Under the pieces are notes generated by a model. That model searched no databases and was not told the origin of the DNA. It saw only the letters and a program-made list of their open reading frames with translations. Position numbers and translations under genes: made by a program. Source: Camelus dromedarius (lineage: Eukaryota). From it: 64,000 nt of DNA. The DNA lies in assembly GCF_036321535.1 (NCBI RefSeq), contig NC_087437.1:51338001-51402000 (forward strand), read 5' to 3'. Below, piece after piece: positions 27,024-39,762 of this stretch; the first letter of the stretch is position 1; every line of letters begins with the position of its first letter.

Positions 27024-27503
27024 TATGGTAGGCAAAATAATGGTCCCCCAAAGAGATCCACATCCTAATCTCTAGAACCTATGAATACGTTAGTCTAAAT
27101 GGAAAAGGGGGAATTAAGACTGCAGATAGAACTAAAGTTGCTATCAACTGACCTTGAGATGAGGCGATTAGCCTGGATCATCTAGGTAGACCAGTGTAAT
27201 CACAAGGGTTCTTATAAGTGAAAGAGGGGAGAGAAGAGCATTAAAATGAGATGGTCCAATGCTGCTGGTTCGAAAGACAGAGAAATGGAACCATGCACTG
27301 AGAATACCAGCAGCCTCAAAAACCTGGAAAAGACAAGGAAATGGATTTGCTTCTCGAGCCTCCAGAAGGAATGCAGACCTGTCAAAATATTGACTTTAGC
27401 CCATCTCAGACTTCTGGCCTATAGAACCATAAAATAATAAATTTGGGGAGGTTTAAGCCAGTAAGTCTGTGACTTATTACAACAGTAATAGGAAACTAAT
27501 ACA
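27024..27503 (+). mobile_element. MaLR solo LTR (MLT1-type)
   Basis: TATGGTAGGCAAAATAATGGTCCCCCAAAG...GGAAACTAATACA. Confidence 0.8.
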
Positions 27504-27912
27504 GGATGTTAAGAGGCATGTTACCATAGAAGGTAATGATCCCATGTATGTCTAGTAAGAGAAAGAACAGAGGAAATACAGTATTTTGTAATGACTGAGA
27601 ATGGTCCAGAATTAAAGAGATGAATCTTCAGATTGAGAAATCACACCAAGATCCAAATATAATAAACATCAACTAATCCACAACCATAACACATTGCAGT
27701 GAAACATCTGAGAAAGTCTTACAAGCAAACCGCACCTCGAGCGTGGGCAAGAACAAGACAACCAGAACTCTCCTTTCAGGAAGGTCACAAATGTCAGTGG
27801 TCAGCCAATGCTGTCAGTATTCAAAGTCAGATTCTAGGTGTGGCCTGTGCTATTTTAATCTGGGGATTCTTGAGTCCTAGTTCATGCTCAGAGGAGAATT
27901 TAGACAAAGACG

Positions 27913-27979
27913 ATGGAAGGAAGCTGGTTCCACAGGGAGAGATTCCCCTTTTTCCTTGTTCTCAGTCTTCTGCTTCCAG
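27913..27979 (+). CDS. HTR3E: HTR3E exon 1 (signal peptide)
   Basis: ATG GAA GGA AGC TGG...CCA G|GTAAG, 67 nt. Confidence 0.9.
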
Positions 27980-30900
27980 GTAAGAAAGGGCAACAACATG
28001 GAAAGAAGCCAGGACCCTCTCTTGCAGAACACCTAGGAACTGCTTTCAAATTTCCAACTCCTAGAGCTTATCTAAGATGGGCATAGTTATTTCATAACTA
28101 TGTTGCTATAATGCCCAAATCGACTCTCCTTCTCTGAAAGATAGAAAATCCCCTCCCAGTGACGTGCCACATGAGAACACTTTTACTTTTTCTTTCATGA
28201 ACCATCTACAACTGTCTTCTCTTCCATTTAGGCTCCATGTCCATTCATCTTTCTACACACAGGTATAACTTTATCTCTACAGCTATGAAACCCACCCCAT
28301 TGCAGCGAAGTGCCCACTTTTAGCTATCACTTTCCCACTCACCTACTAGCTCCAAGGGCTCTAGGTTAGATAAGATGCCAGAGAACAGCAGGTGAGAGTA
28401 AAACTGGAATGTGCTTCTCTTCCAGGGAGTTAACATGGAATAGTAGGGGGGGGAATGGGATTTAAAGACAGAAAAATTTGGGTTTGAATCTTGGTTCCTC
28501 ACTTTGCTAGTTGTGTAACCTTGGGCAACTTGACTTCTCAGAGCTCATTTCCTCACCTGTAAAATAGGACCTGCCTGGGAGGGTTGTGAGGATTCACTGA
28601 CAGAGACAACACAGTACGTGGCATTTGACAGGTGTCAATAAATGTCACCTCATCGCCTTAGGCTATCACGTGACTTCTGGATATGGCGAGGAGGTGAGGG
28701 GGTGGGATTTAAAATATAGTTTCTAACTCAGAGGGGCTTGGGAGGATTAAATGCAGAGAGGACTGAACCAGAGGTGGCTTTAGAGGCCAGCACCACTGGT
28801 CTAGGCTATACAAAACACTATAAATGCTCCTCTGTTCACTCACAGAGAGTGACTGACAAGTGAACATTCATTGCTGACAGAATGATTCAAGGATTTGCCT
28901 GAGAGCACTATGACTTTGTGCATGAAAAAGCCTTGATGTCCTTGGCACAGAGGTCATCAGCCATCTCTCTCCTTCCAGGCTGTTACTCCTCTAATGAACT
29001 TCCACCAGTAGAAAATTGGAATCTTTATTAGTCAGAAGAAAGGGGAAGGCAACACCTCAAAAGCTCAAACTAGAAAGCTGATATGGGGTTGAATGGTAAA
29101 ATAGGGAGAGGGAAGGTTGAAGCAGCTAAAGTAAAGTAGTTGTGTTCTCTTTGGGGCCTCAGGAATGTAATCCTATCTGATGGCTATCACTGCCCCAGGG
29201 CTCAGTTTGCATATAGATTTGGGCATGCTTTGCATGGAGAAAGAAACTTGAGAAAGGCAGCTGGAGCCCTAACTCAGCTTACCACATTAGCTTCTGTCAT
29301 TTGCTTTCTGGCCCAACCCACCCTCACTGGTCTTGGTGGGAAGCACCCAGCATGTGGATCTCAGTAATCCTCCTTCCCTATTCTCCACCTCATCACTGGT
29401 GGTGTGTGGGACAGCAGCATCAGACAAACATGGGCTCAGATTAAGTCCAGTTTCTGCCTTTTATTATCTACTCGATCTTGGGAATTTACTTTCTCTTATT
29501 GCACCTCAGTTAACTCATTTATTAGATGAGGATAAAAATTGTTTCCACCTGATAGGAGCTTGGGAGGCATAAATGAGATAATCCATTAAAAGGGCTTAGA
29601 CTACACCTGGCACATTGTCAGTGTTCAATAAATGTTAGTTATCCTTCCTATCATGGGCTACCCCCAGGCTCCTGCCCTGGGACCCCTCTCATTTAGGGAA
29701 CACAGGAGTTCTCTCCCAATTCTCATACATCCTGTGTCCTCTACAGGAAGAGGCAGTGCTTTCACCATCAACTGCTCAAGATTTGGCCAGCAAGGGGTGT
29801 ACACCACTGTTCTGGATTCAGTGTTTGACAGGAAGGCCTTCCGTCCAGCCACCAACTTCAGCATCCCCACCCTAGTCAACATCTCCTTCACTATGTCTGC
29901 CGTCCTAGATGTGGTGAGTACTGACCCCTATAGCCCTCCTCAGTGTCCTTAATTTTTACCTGGACCCTAGTAAGGCAACCCCCAAAGCCCTTACCATACT
30001 ACAGCTTCCTCCATCATTGCTATATGGCATTTGCCCCATGGGTATCTCAAAGAAGCTCTGTCCAGTTCAGCGGGATGAGGTATAATAGCGTAAGGAAGAG
30101 AATTTCTTTTCTTCTCACCCAGTGACTCTCTACCCTGGCTGTATACCAGTGTCCAGGCTCCACTTCTAGAGGTTCTAACTGACTGGAATCCACGCATCAG
30201 TATTTTTAAGTTCCTCAAGTGATTCTAAGATAAAGCCAGGGTTGAGAAGCACTACTCTAATTCAGTCCTGCATAAACTCTCCTGACCATGGCCTAACACA
30301 TCCGTTCTGATCAAGATTTTGTCCTTGACCTATAATGTTGGTCTTGATCACAGCACCACTTCTATAAACCTCGAGGGCTGACAAACAAAACTGGGGAGTG
30401 GGCAGGATGGACAGACGTCTTACCAGCAACATGCTGGAAACAGGAAATTCTTTTGGCAGGATGAACAGTTACAGCTCTTGTCATCATTCCTGTGGCTGGA
30501 AATGGTAAGGCCAACACTATTTATTCTCTCCTTTCATTTACAGTCGAACGAATTTTAAACAAAGATATAACAATTATGACCCTTTATGTACTTAACTACA
30601 TAGCTTTGAAACACATGAGGGAAAAATTTTAAAATCCACAATCATGGTGAAAGGCATCAATAAACCACTTTCAAAAATCAAGTAGAAGAAGAAGAAACAT
30701 ATAGTGATTTTTTAAAAACTTGATTTAATAAACATATCAAACTTTGTACCAGTGAACATGTGTAATCATTTCTGAAACAAATGGAATATTCCCCCAAACT
30801 GACCATACTTTTGGCCACAAAGAAGAGCTCAACAAAGTCAAGAAAGCAAAAAGTACCTAGACCACAATCTCTGACTACAGTGCAAGAAAATAGAAACTAA

Positions 30901-33900
30901 ATAAAGAAGATAGTCCCCACCCACCCCCAAATCCACATTCTTTAGAAATTTTAAATTAAACTTCTAAATATGTTGGACAAAAGAGAAAATAAAACAATTA
31001 AGTTGAAATTAGAATGATGAGCACTACATATAAAAATCTATGGAATGTAGCCAAAGAAAGATAATTTCTATCTTAAGTTTGTTAATTAGAAAATGAGAAG
31101 GGGAATAAAAGCAAATGAATTAAGCTTCCAACTTGAAAAGCCTGGTTGAAGGAAGGAAGAGGAGGGGAAGCACAGTAATGACCATTTAACCTTGCTCTCA
31201 AAGTGTGATTCCCAGATGGACAGCTGATTGCACCCCCTGGAAGCTTAGAAAAGCACTCTATCTTGGACCCCACCTAGCATGACCAACCATCCCAGCATGC
31301 CCAAGACTGAGGAATTCTCAGGCCATGGAACTTTGCTAAATCCAAGAAAGTTTCAGGCAAACCAGGATGGGTTAGCCACCCTACATCAGAATCTGCATTT
31401 CAATACAATCCCCGGGTGTTTTGAATGCAAAGTGAGGTTTGAGAAGTGCTGATCTAGTACAAATTTTTATTTAATGTGCCTCTGTTCTGCCTGTGGTTCT
31501 GCAAACTGCAGCTGCTGACACTGTAAGTGCCCAGAGGCTGGACAGGTCCTCTCCACCTCCCACCCTGACCCCGACACCACAGACTTGGAAAATCCTTGAA
31601 AGTAGTTTCCAGAAAACGTTACCAGCCTTGGAATGGAGAGCTTGGAAAGGACAGTGTGTGGCACCTGCCAAGGAGAGGAAGACCACTAAGTCTCTTGGCT
31701 TCAAAAAAACCAAGGGCTTGTTCAAGACGTCCTTGCAGTAGAGAGTGGTAAATGGAGTCTGGAAGACAGCTGAACCATGATAGAGACTAACACATAACCT
31801 ACTTTTGTGGACAGCATTACAGTCCACAAAATCTTTTTACATGCCTTATTTCATTTGATACTCACTACTATCCTCCTTATTTCACACTAAAGAAATTCTA
31901 GCTCAGCCTCTCTGAATCTGATTCCTCCTAAAGAAAGGAGAGTATTTCCCTGATAACCAGTAATTTCCCACAAAAGTGGGAAAGCAGAGGGATCAAAGTT
32001 TATGAAGAAATGGACACAAGGAGCTTCAATTCTCTGTGTAATTCCTACTTCTTGAAAAAAACCAAAGTATATTTATCAGAATACTAACTCTACAAAGTTG
32101 GGTAGTAGACAGATGTTATATTATTTTATATACTTTTCTATGTACTTGAAATATTTTATAACCTCTCTTTTTTAAGAAAAATAAAAAGGCAGAGAAAAAT
32201 AACCTCCATTCACATCAGACTCTCACCTCTCCTCCACGTGGGCTCTAGGTCTGGGACAACCCATTTATCAGATGGAACCCAGAGGAATGTGAGGGTATCA
32301 CAAAGATCAGTGTGGCAACCAAGAACCTGTGGCTCCCAGACATTTTCATCACTGAGTTGTACGTATTAAGGACTGGGGGAGCTGGGGGTGGGGGCCATCT
32401 CCTGGCAACAGCAGAGTTCAAAATCTACCATTGGGGCCACTTTATAAGTGGTTTTATGTGGCTGAGAAACGAACAGACAGATAAGATGAAAAAACATTGC
32501 TCCTGCCTCCCACTTCATCTCTCTTACAGCATGGATGTGGATAAGACCCCAAAAGGCCTCAAGGCATACATAAATAATGAAGGTCGCATCAGGTACAAGA
32601 AACCCATGAAGGTGACCAGCATCTGTGAACTGGACATCTTCTACTTCCCCTTTGACCAGCAGAACTGCACCCTAACCTTCAGCTCATTTCTCTATACAGG
32701 TGAGTTGCAGTAGAGTCTCAGGGATGGGGGTGAATGAGAGCAACCAATAAAACAACAGAAAATAAAATGTAAAGAAACTATGAGTAAATGGTGGCCAAGG
32801 GCAGCAAAGACTAAGGCTCTATGGATGCTTAAATATTTTCCATAAAGGCAGAACCCAAGTCTATCTTGTGCATTTCTATCCCCAGCTCCTAGCAAAGCTC
32901 TCAGCATACAGTAGGCACCCAAAAATATTTGTTGAATGAAAGGATGGAAAAGGAGAGTGTAGTTGAGTCAACAAGAGACTGTATCCTTGGAAAATGACTG
33001 GTATTTCCCTTTCAGTGGAGAGCATGTTGCTGGGCATGGAGAAGGAAGTGTGGGAAATAGCAGACACGTCCCGGAACATCATTCAGACCCATGGAGAATG
33101 GGAGCTCCTGAGTATCAGCAAGGCCACTGCAAAGCTGTCCATGGGCACCAATCTGTATGATCAGATCATCTTCTATGTGAGCTCAGAGGCCCTTGCTTTC
33201 ACCTTTCTTCCTTGCTTCTAGACTTGCCTACAATCGCCACCAAATGGTATCTCCCAAATTTCAGGGTTTCTCAGTCTTATCATGTCTGCCAAAGGCCAGA
33301 ACCCTCTCTCCTTGCTGCCCAGCCACACACTCCTTCCTAAAACTCATGGCTTTGATCTAACTCTCCTTTGGCAGGTTCTACACCAAATTATGAAGCTGAT
33401 TCTGCACAGCTCCAGATTCAGAGTGTATCAGACCAGTGAGGAAAGCAGAGACAGAAACAAAAACTACTATCCCAGGCAGCCTCCAAATCCCGAATTCACT
33501 TCCCTCTCTTTTCTCCCCACCAGGTGGCCATCAGGCGCAGTCCCAGACTCTATGTCATCAACCTTCTGGTACCCAGTGGCTTTCTGGTTGCCATTGATGC
33601 CCTCAGCTTCTTCCTGCCGGCAGAAAGCGAGAACCGTGCCCCATTCAAGATTACCCTCCTGCTGGGCTACAATGTCTTCCTGCTCATGATGAATGACTTA
33701 CTCCCCATCAGTGGCACCCCCCTTATCAGTATGGCCCCTCCAGCCTTTAAGAAGAGGAGAGTGGGAAGGACTGACTGAACTAGTTCAGGGAAGGAAGATA
33801 TACTGAGGAAAAGAGGCTTTGTGCATCCCAGGGTGGAATTGGAGGGAGGAAAGAAGTCCTGGGAGGTGTCTCTGGCCCTCATACAGGCCTGCCTTCCCTC

Positions 33901-34480
33901 CAGGTGTCTACTTTGCCCTGTGTCTGTCGCTGATGGTGGTCAGCCTGCTGGAGACCATCTTCATCACCTACCTGCTGCATCTGGCCACCACCCAGCCCCC
34001 ACCCATGCCTCACTGGCTCCATTCCCTGCTTCTGTGCTGCACCAGCCCAAAGAAGTGCTGCCCTGCTGCGCCCCAGAAGGGAAACACCGGCCTGGGCCTC
34101 AGCCCCACCCACCTGCCTGGTGAGGGGACTCAGCACTGCCCATACCTCTCTTCCAGCATCTCCACCTCTCTGCTCCCTCTTCATTTCCTGTCCCCCACAA
34201 CTGCCCAGCTGACCTTGACAGCCTACAGTCAAGTCTCTGTCTCTCTGCAGGTGTGAAGGAGCCCGTGGAGTCAGTGGGGAAGGTGCCAGGTCTGAAAGAG
34301 GCAGAGTTAAATGGATGCCCTGGGTCAACGAGGGCCCAGCAGGAAGACAAGGCTCAGAAGCAGCACTTGGTCAGCCTGTGGGTGCAGTTCAGCCATGTGA
34401 TGGACACCCTGCTCTTCCGCCTCTATCTGCTTTTCATGGCCACCTCCATCACCACCGTCATTGTCCTCTGGAACACCTAA
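27913..34480 (+). CDS. HTR3E: 5-hydroxytryptamine receptor 3E subunit (Cys-loop ligand-gated ion channel), 9 exons, 456 aa, intact
   Basis: All introns GT-AG; spliced CDS 1371 nt without stops. N-terminus [23 protein letters not shown], intact Cys-loop [16 protein letters not shown]2 [25 protein letters not shown]-terminus [42 protein letters not shown]. Adjacent to EIF2B5 as in the known synteny. Confidence 0.93.
29410..29642. mobile_element. MIR SINE in HTR3E intron 1
   Basis: MIR-like core and tail GGCACATTGTCAGTGTTCAATAAATGTTAGTT. Confidence 0.7.
29747..29913 (+). CDS. HTR3E: HTR3E exon 2
   Basis: ctacag|[15 protein letters not shown]...SAVLDV|gtgagt, 167 nt. Confidence 0.92.
30460..30504 (+). 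CDS. HTR3E: HTR3E exon 3
   Basis: ggcag|[15 protein letters not shown]|gtaagg, 45 nt. Confidence 0.9.
32249..32358 (+). CDS. HTR3E: HTR3E exon 4
   Basis: ctag|[14 protein letters not shown]...[10 protein letters not shown]|gtacgt, 110 nt. Confidence 0.92.
32530..32699 (+). CDS. HTR3E: HTR3E exon 5 (Cys-loop)
   Basis: tacag|MDVDKTPKG...[15 protein letters not shown]...FLYT|gtgagt, 170 nt. Confidence 0.93.
33016..33176 (+). CDS. HTR3E: HTR3E exon 6
   Basis: ttcag|[14 protein letters not shown]...YDQIIFY|gtgagc, 161 nt. Confidence 0.93.
33524..33728 (+). CDS. HTR3E: HTR3E exon 7 (M1-M2)
   Basis: accag|[10 protein letters not shown]...SGTPLI|gtatgg, 205 nt. Confidence 0.93.
33904..34119 (+). 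CDS. HTR3E: HTR3E exon 8 (M3)
   Basis: tccag|[17 protein letters not shown]...PTHLP|gtgagg, 216 nt. Confidence 0.93.
34251..34480 (+). CDS. HTR3E: HTR3E exon 9 (M4, stop)
   Basis: tgcag|VKEPVES...VLWNT TAA. Confidence 0.93.
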
Positions 34481-34766
34481 ACATGACGTGTGTCTGCTTC
34501 TGCACATCCAGCCCAAAGCTGCTTCTTGCCTCCAGGGGCCAGCCTTTACCCTTGAATACCTACGGTCATGGCCTCAAAGATTACCAAGTTTCCTGCTACA
34601 TTCCAAGCATCTCAGTCCAGCCCCGCTGATCAGTCTCAAGCCAATTTGAGACATTTTCCTCTTGTTCCTGCATTCTATTGGCTTCTCTTAGCCCTCCCGT
34701 ACAGTTCTAGGCCCCCCTTTTTTCTTCTGCAAGCAGTCCTACCTCCTCTGTCTGCTAACTTGTCCC

Positions 34767-34772
34767 AATAAA
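34767..34772 (+). terminator. Probable HTR3E polyadenylation signal
   Basis: AATAAA about 290 nt after the stop, followed by GT/T-rich sequence. Confidence 0.6.
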
Positions 34773-35269
34773 TCATTTGCAGAGATCTCTGGCTCTCTTG
34801 TCATGTTGTGGGGTAGAAACTTAACAATCCAAGACTGATAGTTTCAAAATATCACCTGTGCGTCCTTCTGCTTGTGATAAAGCTTTGATGTCACCTTCAA
34901 GTCCAATGTGACAACTGTCCTGCCTGAGAAGTTTTAACTCTCTTAAGCATTTTTAAGACATTTATTACTAATATATCCTCTTATTTATCTTTTCCATTAT
35001 TTTATACTAATTTCATCTTAATACTTTCCTAATTTATTTTATTTCATTTTATTCTTTTTCTTATTTTATAAGTTGCATACTCAAAATATTCTCAGGCTTT
35101 CTATAACTTCTACTCAGACACAGTTTGAGCTGCACCCTACAGGTTTTAGAATGAAGTAGTCTCCTCTTTATTACTTCCTAGACAGTTCATAATTTCAGTC
35201 TTTATGTCCCCTTTGTTATCTTTTCATTTTTAATTTCCATTTTCTTGGATTATCATCAGAGAGCATGGT

Positions 35270-35403
35270 CTTTATTTGGTTTTTTGTTTTGGTTTGGTTT
35301 GGTTTGGTTTGTTTGTTCTTAACGGAGGTACTGGGGATTGAACCCAGGACCTTGTGCATGCTAAGTATGCACTCTACCACTGAGCTATACCCACACCTCC
35401 ACC
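35270..35403 (-). mobile_element. tRNA-derived SINE (Vic-1-like)
   Basis: Same family sequence; (TTTGG)n tail; TSD AGCATGGT. Confidence 0.85.
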
Positions 35404-36049
35404 AAGCATGGTATCTTTAAATCAAAAACTTTTTGAATTTACAAAGTTTCTCTCTGGCTGTTTACATGATTGATTCTGTAACTGTTCCAGAACATTAAAA
35501 AGTATACATTCTCTATTTATATGTACATCAATAAATAGAGCTTATTGATTAGATTATTCAAATTCTCCGTATCATAGCTTATTTTTGTCTACTTGATCTG
35601 TTAAAGCTTAAAGTATTTTAATCAGGTTCTCTGAGTAGTTGCAGTTTTTCTTTTATATATTTGACTGCTACCCTATATGATGCATAAAAGTGTATGGTTA
35701 TTATCCTTATATAATGTCACTATTCTGTTCAGTGTGTTTTGAACTTGATTTCCATTTGTATGATAATAATGTTGCCACTCGCTTTGGCCTGGTATATTTT
35801 TGCATATTTATTTTATTAATTCTTGATTAATTCTGGAAAAGTATTACACATACAAGGTACAAATATTAAAAGGTACAATAGAGTAAAACATGTCTCTCTT
35901 CTATCTTTGTTTCCAGCCAGCTAGTTCCTCATTTTCTTGTGCATCTTTCAGGGTACTTATTTTCCATCTTTCCTTGTCACTTTGTTTTAGGTGTATTTTA
36001 CATAAACAACATAAAGCTGAATTTTACTTAATTCAATATGTCCTTTTTT

Positions 36050-36212
36050 AATAGTTAATTGATTTATATTTCTTTTTTTAATTAAAAAATTGTTTTTGGT
36101 GGAGGAGGTAATTAGGTTTGTTTTATTTATTCTTAGAAGAGGTACTGGGGATTGAACGCAGGATCTCGTGCATGCCAAGCATGAGCTCTACCACTTGAGC
36201 TATACCCTCCCC
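36050..36212 (-). mobile_element. tRNA-derived SINE (Vic-1-like)
   Basis: Same family sequence; flanking CAATATG(C)TCCTTTT duplication. Confidence 0.85.
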
Positions 36213-37567
36213 ACAATATGCTCCTTTTGATAGATGAATTCAGCTTTCTTTATATTTAGGAAAAAATACTCAGTTTTATTCCTTCCATACATTTTATGTT
36301 CACCATTTATATTACTTGGTGTTGTTTTCTCTATTTTCTGTTTCCTTACTTCTGCTTGCTTGGTCTAACTTTTGTTCATCTTTTTTTTTTCTCCTATAAA
36401 TTTGAAATCTGTAATGCTTTTTAATTATGTTCATGATCATCTTCCTAACAGTTATATTTAGACCAATATATCTGATTAACATATCAAAACTAAATTATTA
36501 TGCTGATCCCCCACCAAGATGTTTTATTTGCCCATTCCTCCCCTGACTCCAGCAAAGTAAAAATAAAAATTTTTTAAATTTACTTCCTTATTCTTCCTCT
36601 GCTTTTATCTCAACTTTTAGATTTTGCAAATACAGTTTAAAGTTTTTAGTACCAGGCTATTATTTTTTTTCTTATGGTATGACTCTATTTTCAAGGACCT
36701 TGGCTTTTTATTAATTTTCCACTTATACTATGGATTTAACTCTATATGTTGTAAGATTCATAGTTCCTCTCAGTTTTCTCTACTCTTTGTCCTCTTCTAT
36801 CTAGAAAGTTTTGTTATGTTTTAATTGTCTCCTGATCAGTACACTTCTCAAGTATTTTCCTGAAGCAGTGCATCTGGTATATGCTCTGACTCTTTGTGTG
36901 GCTGAAATGTCTTTGTTTTGGCGGATAAGCTTTCTTGGCTAGGTACAGATGTCTAGAATCGGTCCTTCTCCTCCTCCTCAGTTGTCTATACCAAGCTTCC
37001 ATGTCTTAGATGAGAAATCCAGGGCTACTCTGATACTTTCCCTCTTGAAAGGACCACCTGGATGCTCATAAGAATTTGTATTTATCCCTGAAATTCAGAC
37101 ATTTCACTAGGATATATCTAAATGTGTGTTTCCATTAATCCTGCCTATGTTTCAGTGACCTTTTTCAATATGAATATTCATATCTTTCTTCTGCTTGCAG
37201 GATTTTTTTTTCTAGAACTTAAGTAACACTCTCTCCCATCTATTCTTTTTCTGTTCTGGAATTTCTGCTATGCACAAGTTAAGTCTCATGGATCTGTCCT
37301 CCAAACTCTTTTTTATTCATGCCTTCATTTCTTTACACAATTTGGCTTTGTCTTATAACCAATCTTTCAGACAACGAATTCAGTTCTCAATAGTGATATT
37401 CTCTACTCTCAGTTCATCTCCTGAGTGCTTTAATTAAAAAAAATTTTTTTTTACTTTCATAAAGTCTTTTAAATGTTCTGATCACATGCCCTAAACATTA
37501 TCTTCTCTTCTTTTTTATCTTTTCTAGTTCAGTTGGAGCTTCTGTCCTGAATATCCATCTTGGTCAC

Positions 37568-38100
37568 TGAGATGGTTAATTGTATGTATCAGTTTGTTTA
37601 ATCTGTGGTGCCCAGGTGTCTGGTCAAACACTAGTCTAGATGTGCTGTGAAGGTATTTTTTTAGATGTGATTAACATTTACAATCAGTAGACTTTGAAGA
37701 AAGTAAATTACCCTCCATGTGGGTGGGCCTCATTCAATCAGCTGAAGGAGGAGCAAAGACTGATGTTTCTGAACAAGAAATTCTGTTTCAAGAGTGCAAC
37801 ATTTTGTCAATTACACCTCAGTACAGCAGAATTAAAAAAAAAAAAAAAGAGTACAACATATAAACCCTGACTGAGTTTCCAGCCTTCTGGCCTGCCCTAC
37901 AGATTTTGAGTTCAAGACTACAACATCAACTCTTACCTGAAGTACATGGAGGGCACTTCTCAATTCCCAGGTCAGTCTAGGAGCAAGTAGCAATCCCCTT
38001 CCATCTGCAGGGACTGCAAATAATTAAACTCATCAGTGTACTTACTATACAGACACACACACACACACACACGCACACACGTACGCACGCACGAACCAGG
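37568..38100 (+). mobile_element. ERVL solo LTR (MLT2-type) with internal (CA)n
   Basis: TGAGATGGTTAATT...TCAAACACTAGTCTAGATGTGCTGTGAAGG, GGTGGGCCTCATTCAATCAG. Confidence 0.7.
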
Positions 38101-39480
38101 AGAGTCTTCCAACGACCACAGCAGCAAGCAATCAGAGGCAGCTCTTCCCCAAGTTCACTGACTTCTACCTCTGGGACCCCCTTAGAGAACTATGAAATTC
38201 TGATCTTTATAATCGACCAAAGAGAGGCAAGCTTTCTCCTTCCTACTGGTCCATAGCACTCAGTTGAGACCCAGGGAGAAGAAACAAAGGCACGGATCTG
38301 ACCATCTCCCTTCTTGCCACTGTCTCACCTATTATTTTGCCCACGCACCCCAAGGATCTCAGGGGTTAGGTTTTTCCCTATGCCATATCATCATCCTTTC
38401 TGACTCCAGTTTCTTGACTAAATGGCAGAGATACCCTCTCCAGCCAATGAGAAAAACTCTTGATCTGACCAACTAGGCCTAGTCCTTGACATGCTAAGAG
38501 AGATATAAAGATATATGGAAAGTCCTTTCAGTCTCAAACTACCTATTATCTTGCTACATAACCACATTTTGAATATGAGCCATTAAATGCTGCCTCATTC
38601 AAAACTTGTTGTTTTTTCACAAACTGCAAATATACATAGAGAGAAGGAATCTATAAAAATAAAAGATTTAAGGAGCATAACTTCAATGTAATCATGATAA
38701 AATATCAAACAAACCTAAACTGATTTTAATAACTTGAAAAAACTTCCCATAGACCAAGAAAGCTTTGTTGGTGAATTCTGTCAAATATATAAAGAAACAT
38801 TAATATCAATTCTACACAATCTCTTCCAGAAATTAGAAGTGAAGGGAATATTTCACAACTTATTCTATGAGGCCAGTGTTATTACCCAGATACTAAAGAC
38901 AGACAAAGACATTATAAAAAAGTAAACTACAAATCAATATCCCTTACGAACATAGAAGCAAAAATCCTCAGCAAAATACTAACAAACTGAATCCAGCAAC
39001 ATATAAAGAGGACTATACACCATAAACAAGTGGAATTTATCCCAAAAATACAAAGTTGATTTAACATCAGAAAATCCATGAATACAACACTGTATTAATA
39101 GAACAAAGGGCAAAGCCCACATGATCATTTCAATAGGTGCAGACAAGGCATTCGACAAAAATTCAACACCTTCCACTATAAAAACCCTTGACAAACTAAC
39201 AGTAGGAAGGAACTTCCTCAACCTGATAAAGGGCATCTATGAAAAACCTACAGCTTTCATAACACTAAATGGCAAAACACTGAATCATTTCCCCGTAATA
39301 TTGGGAACAAGACAAAGATGTCCATTCTCTTCACTTCTATTCAACAATGGCCAGGGCAATTGGCAAGAAAAATAAATAACAGGCATCCAGATTGGAAAGG
39401 AAGAAGTAAAACTGTGTTTGCAGATGATAGAATCTTAAATAGAAAATCCCAAGTAATCCATTTAAAATCTATTAGAATAA

Positions 39481-39762
39481 TAATGATTATTTCTTGAATA
39501 TGTGTAAGCACATTTGACTGTCCTTTATGATTGGCTTACCACCTTCTATTGATTCTTATTTTGTGATTGGCTTTATTCCTTTGATAACGATGTAAGTTTA
39601 AAAAACTAAAGCTCTAAACTGTTCTTAGAAACAATGATCAGTACATATACGTAAACTAAAAAAAAAAGTGTAGTATATTGTATATATGTATTTGCATGCA
39701 ATATACTGTGTATGTGCAGTCAAATTGTAACAATTCTACCTAATAAAACAGAAAAAAAAGAA
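39481..39762 (+). other. Unidentified polyadenylated retrotransposed insert (possible 3'UTR retrocopy)
   Basis: Perfect 17-bp TSD AAAATCTATTAGAATAA (39464-39480, 39763-39779), AATAAA 39742-39747 and A-rich tail; interrupts L1 ORF2. Confidence 0.7.
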
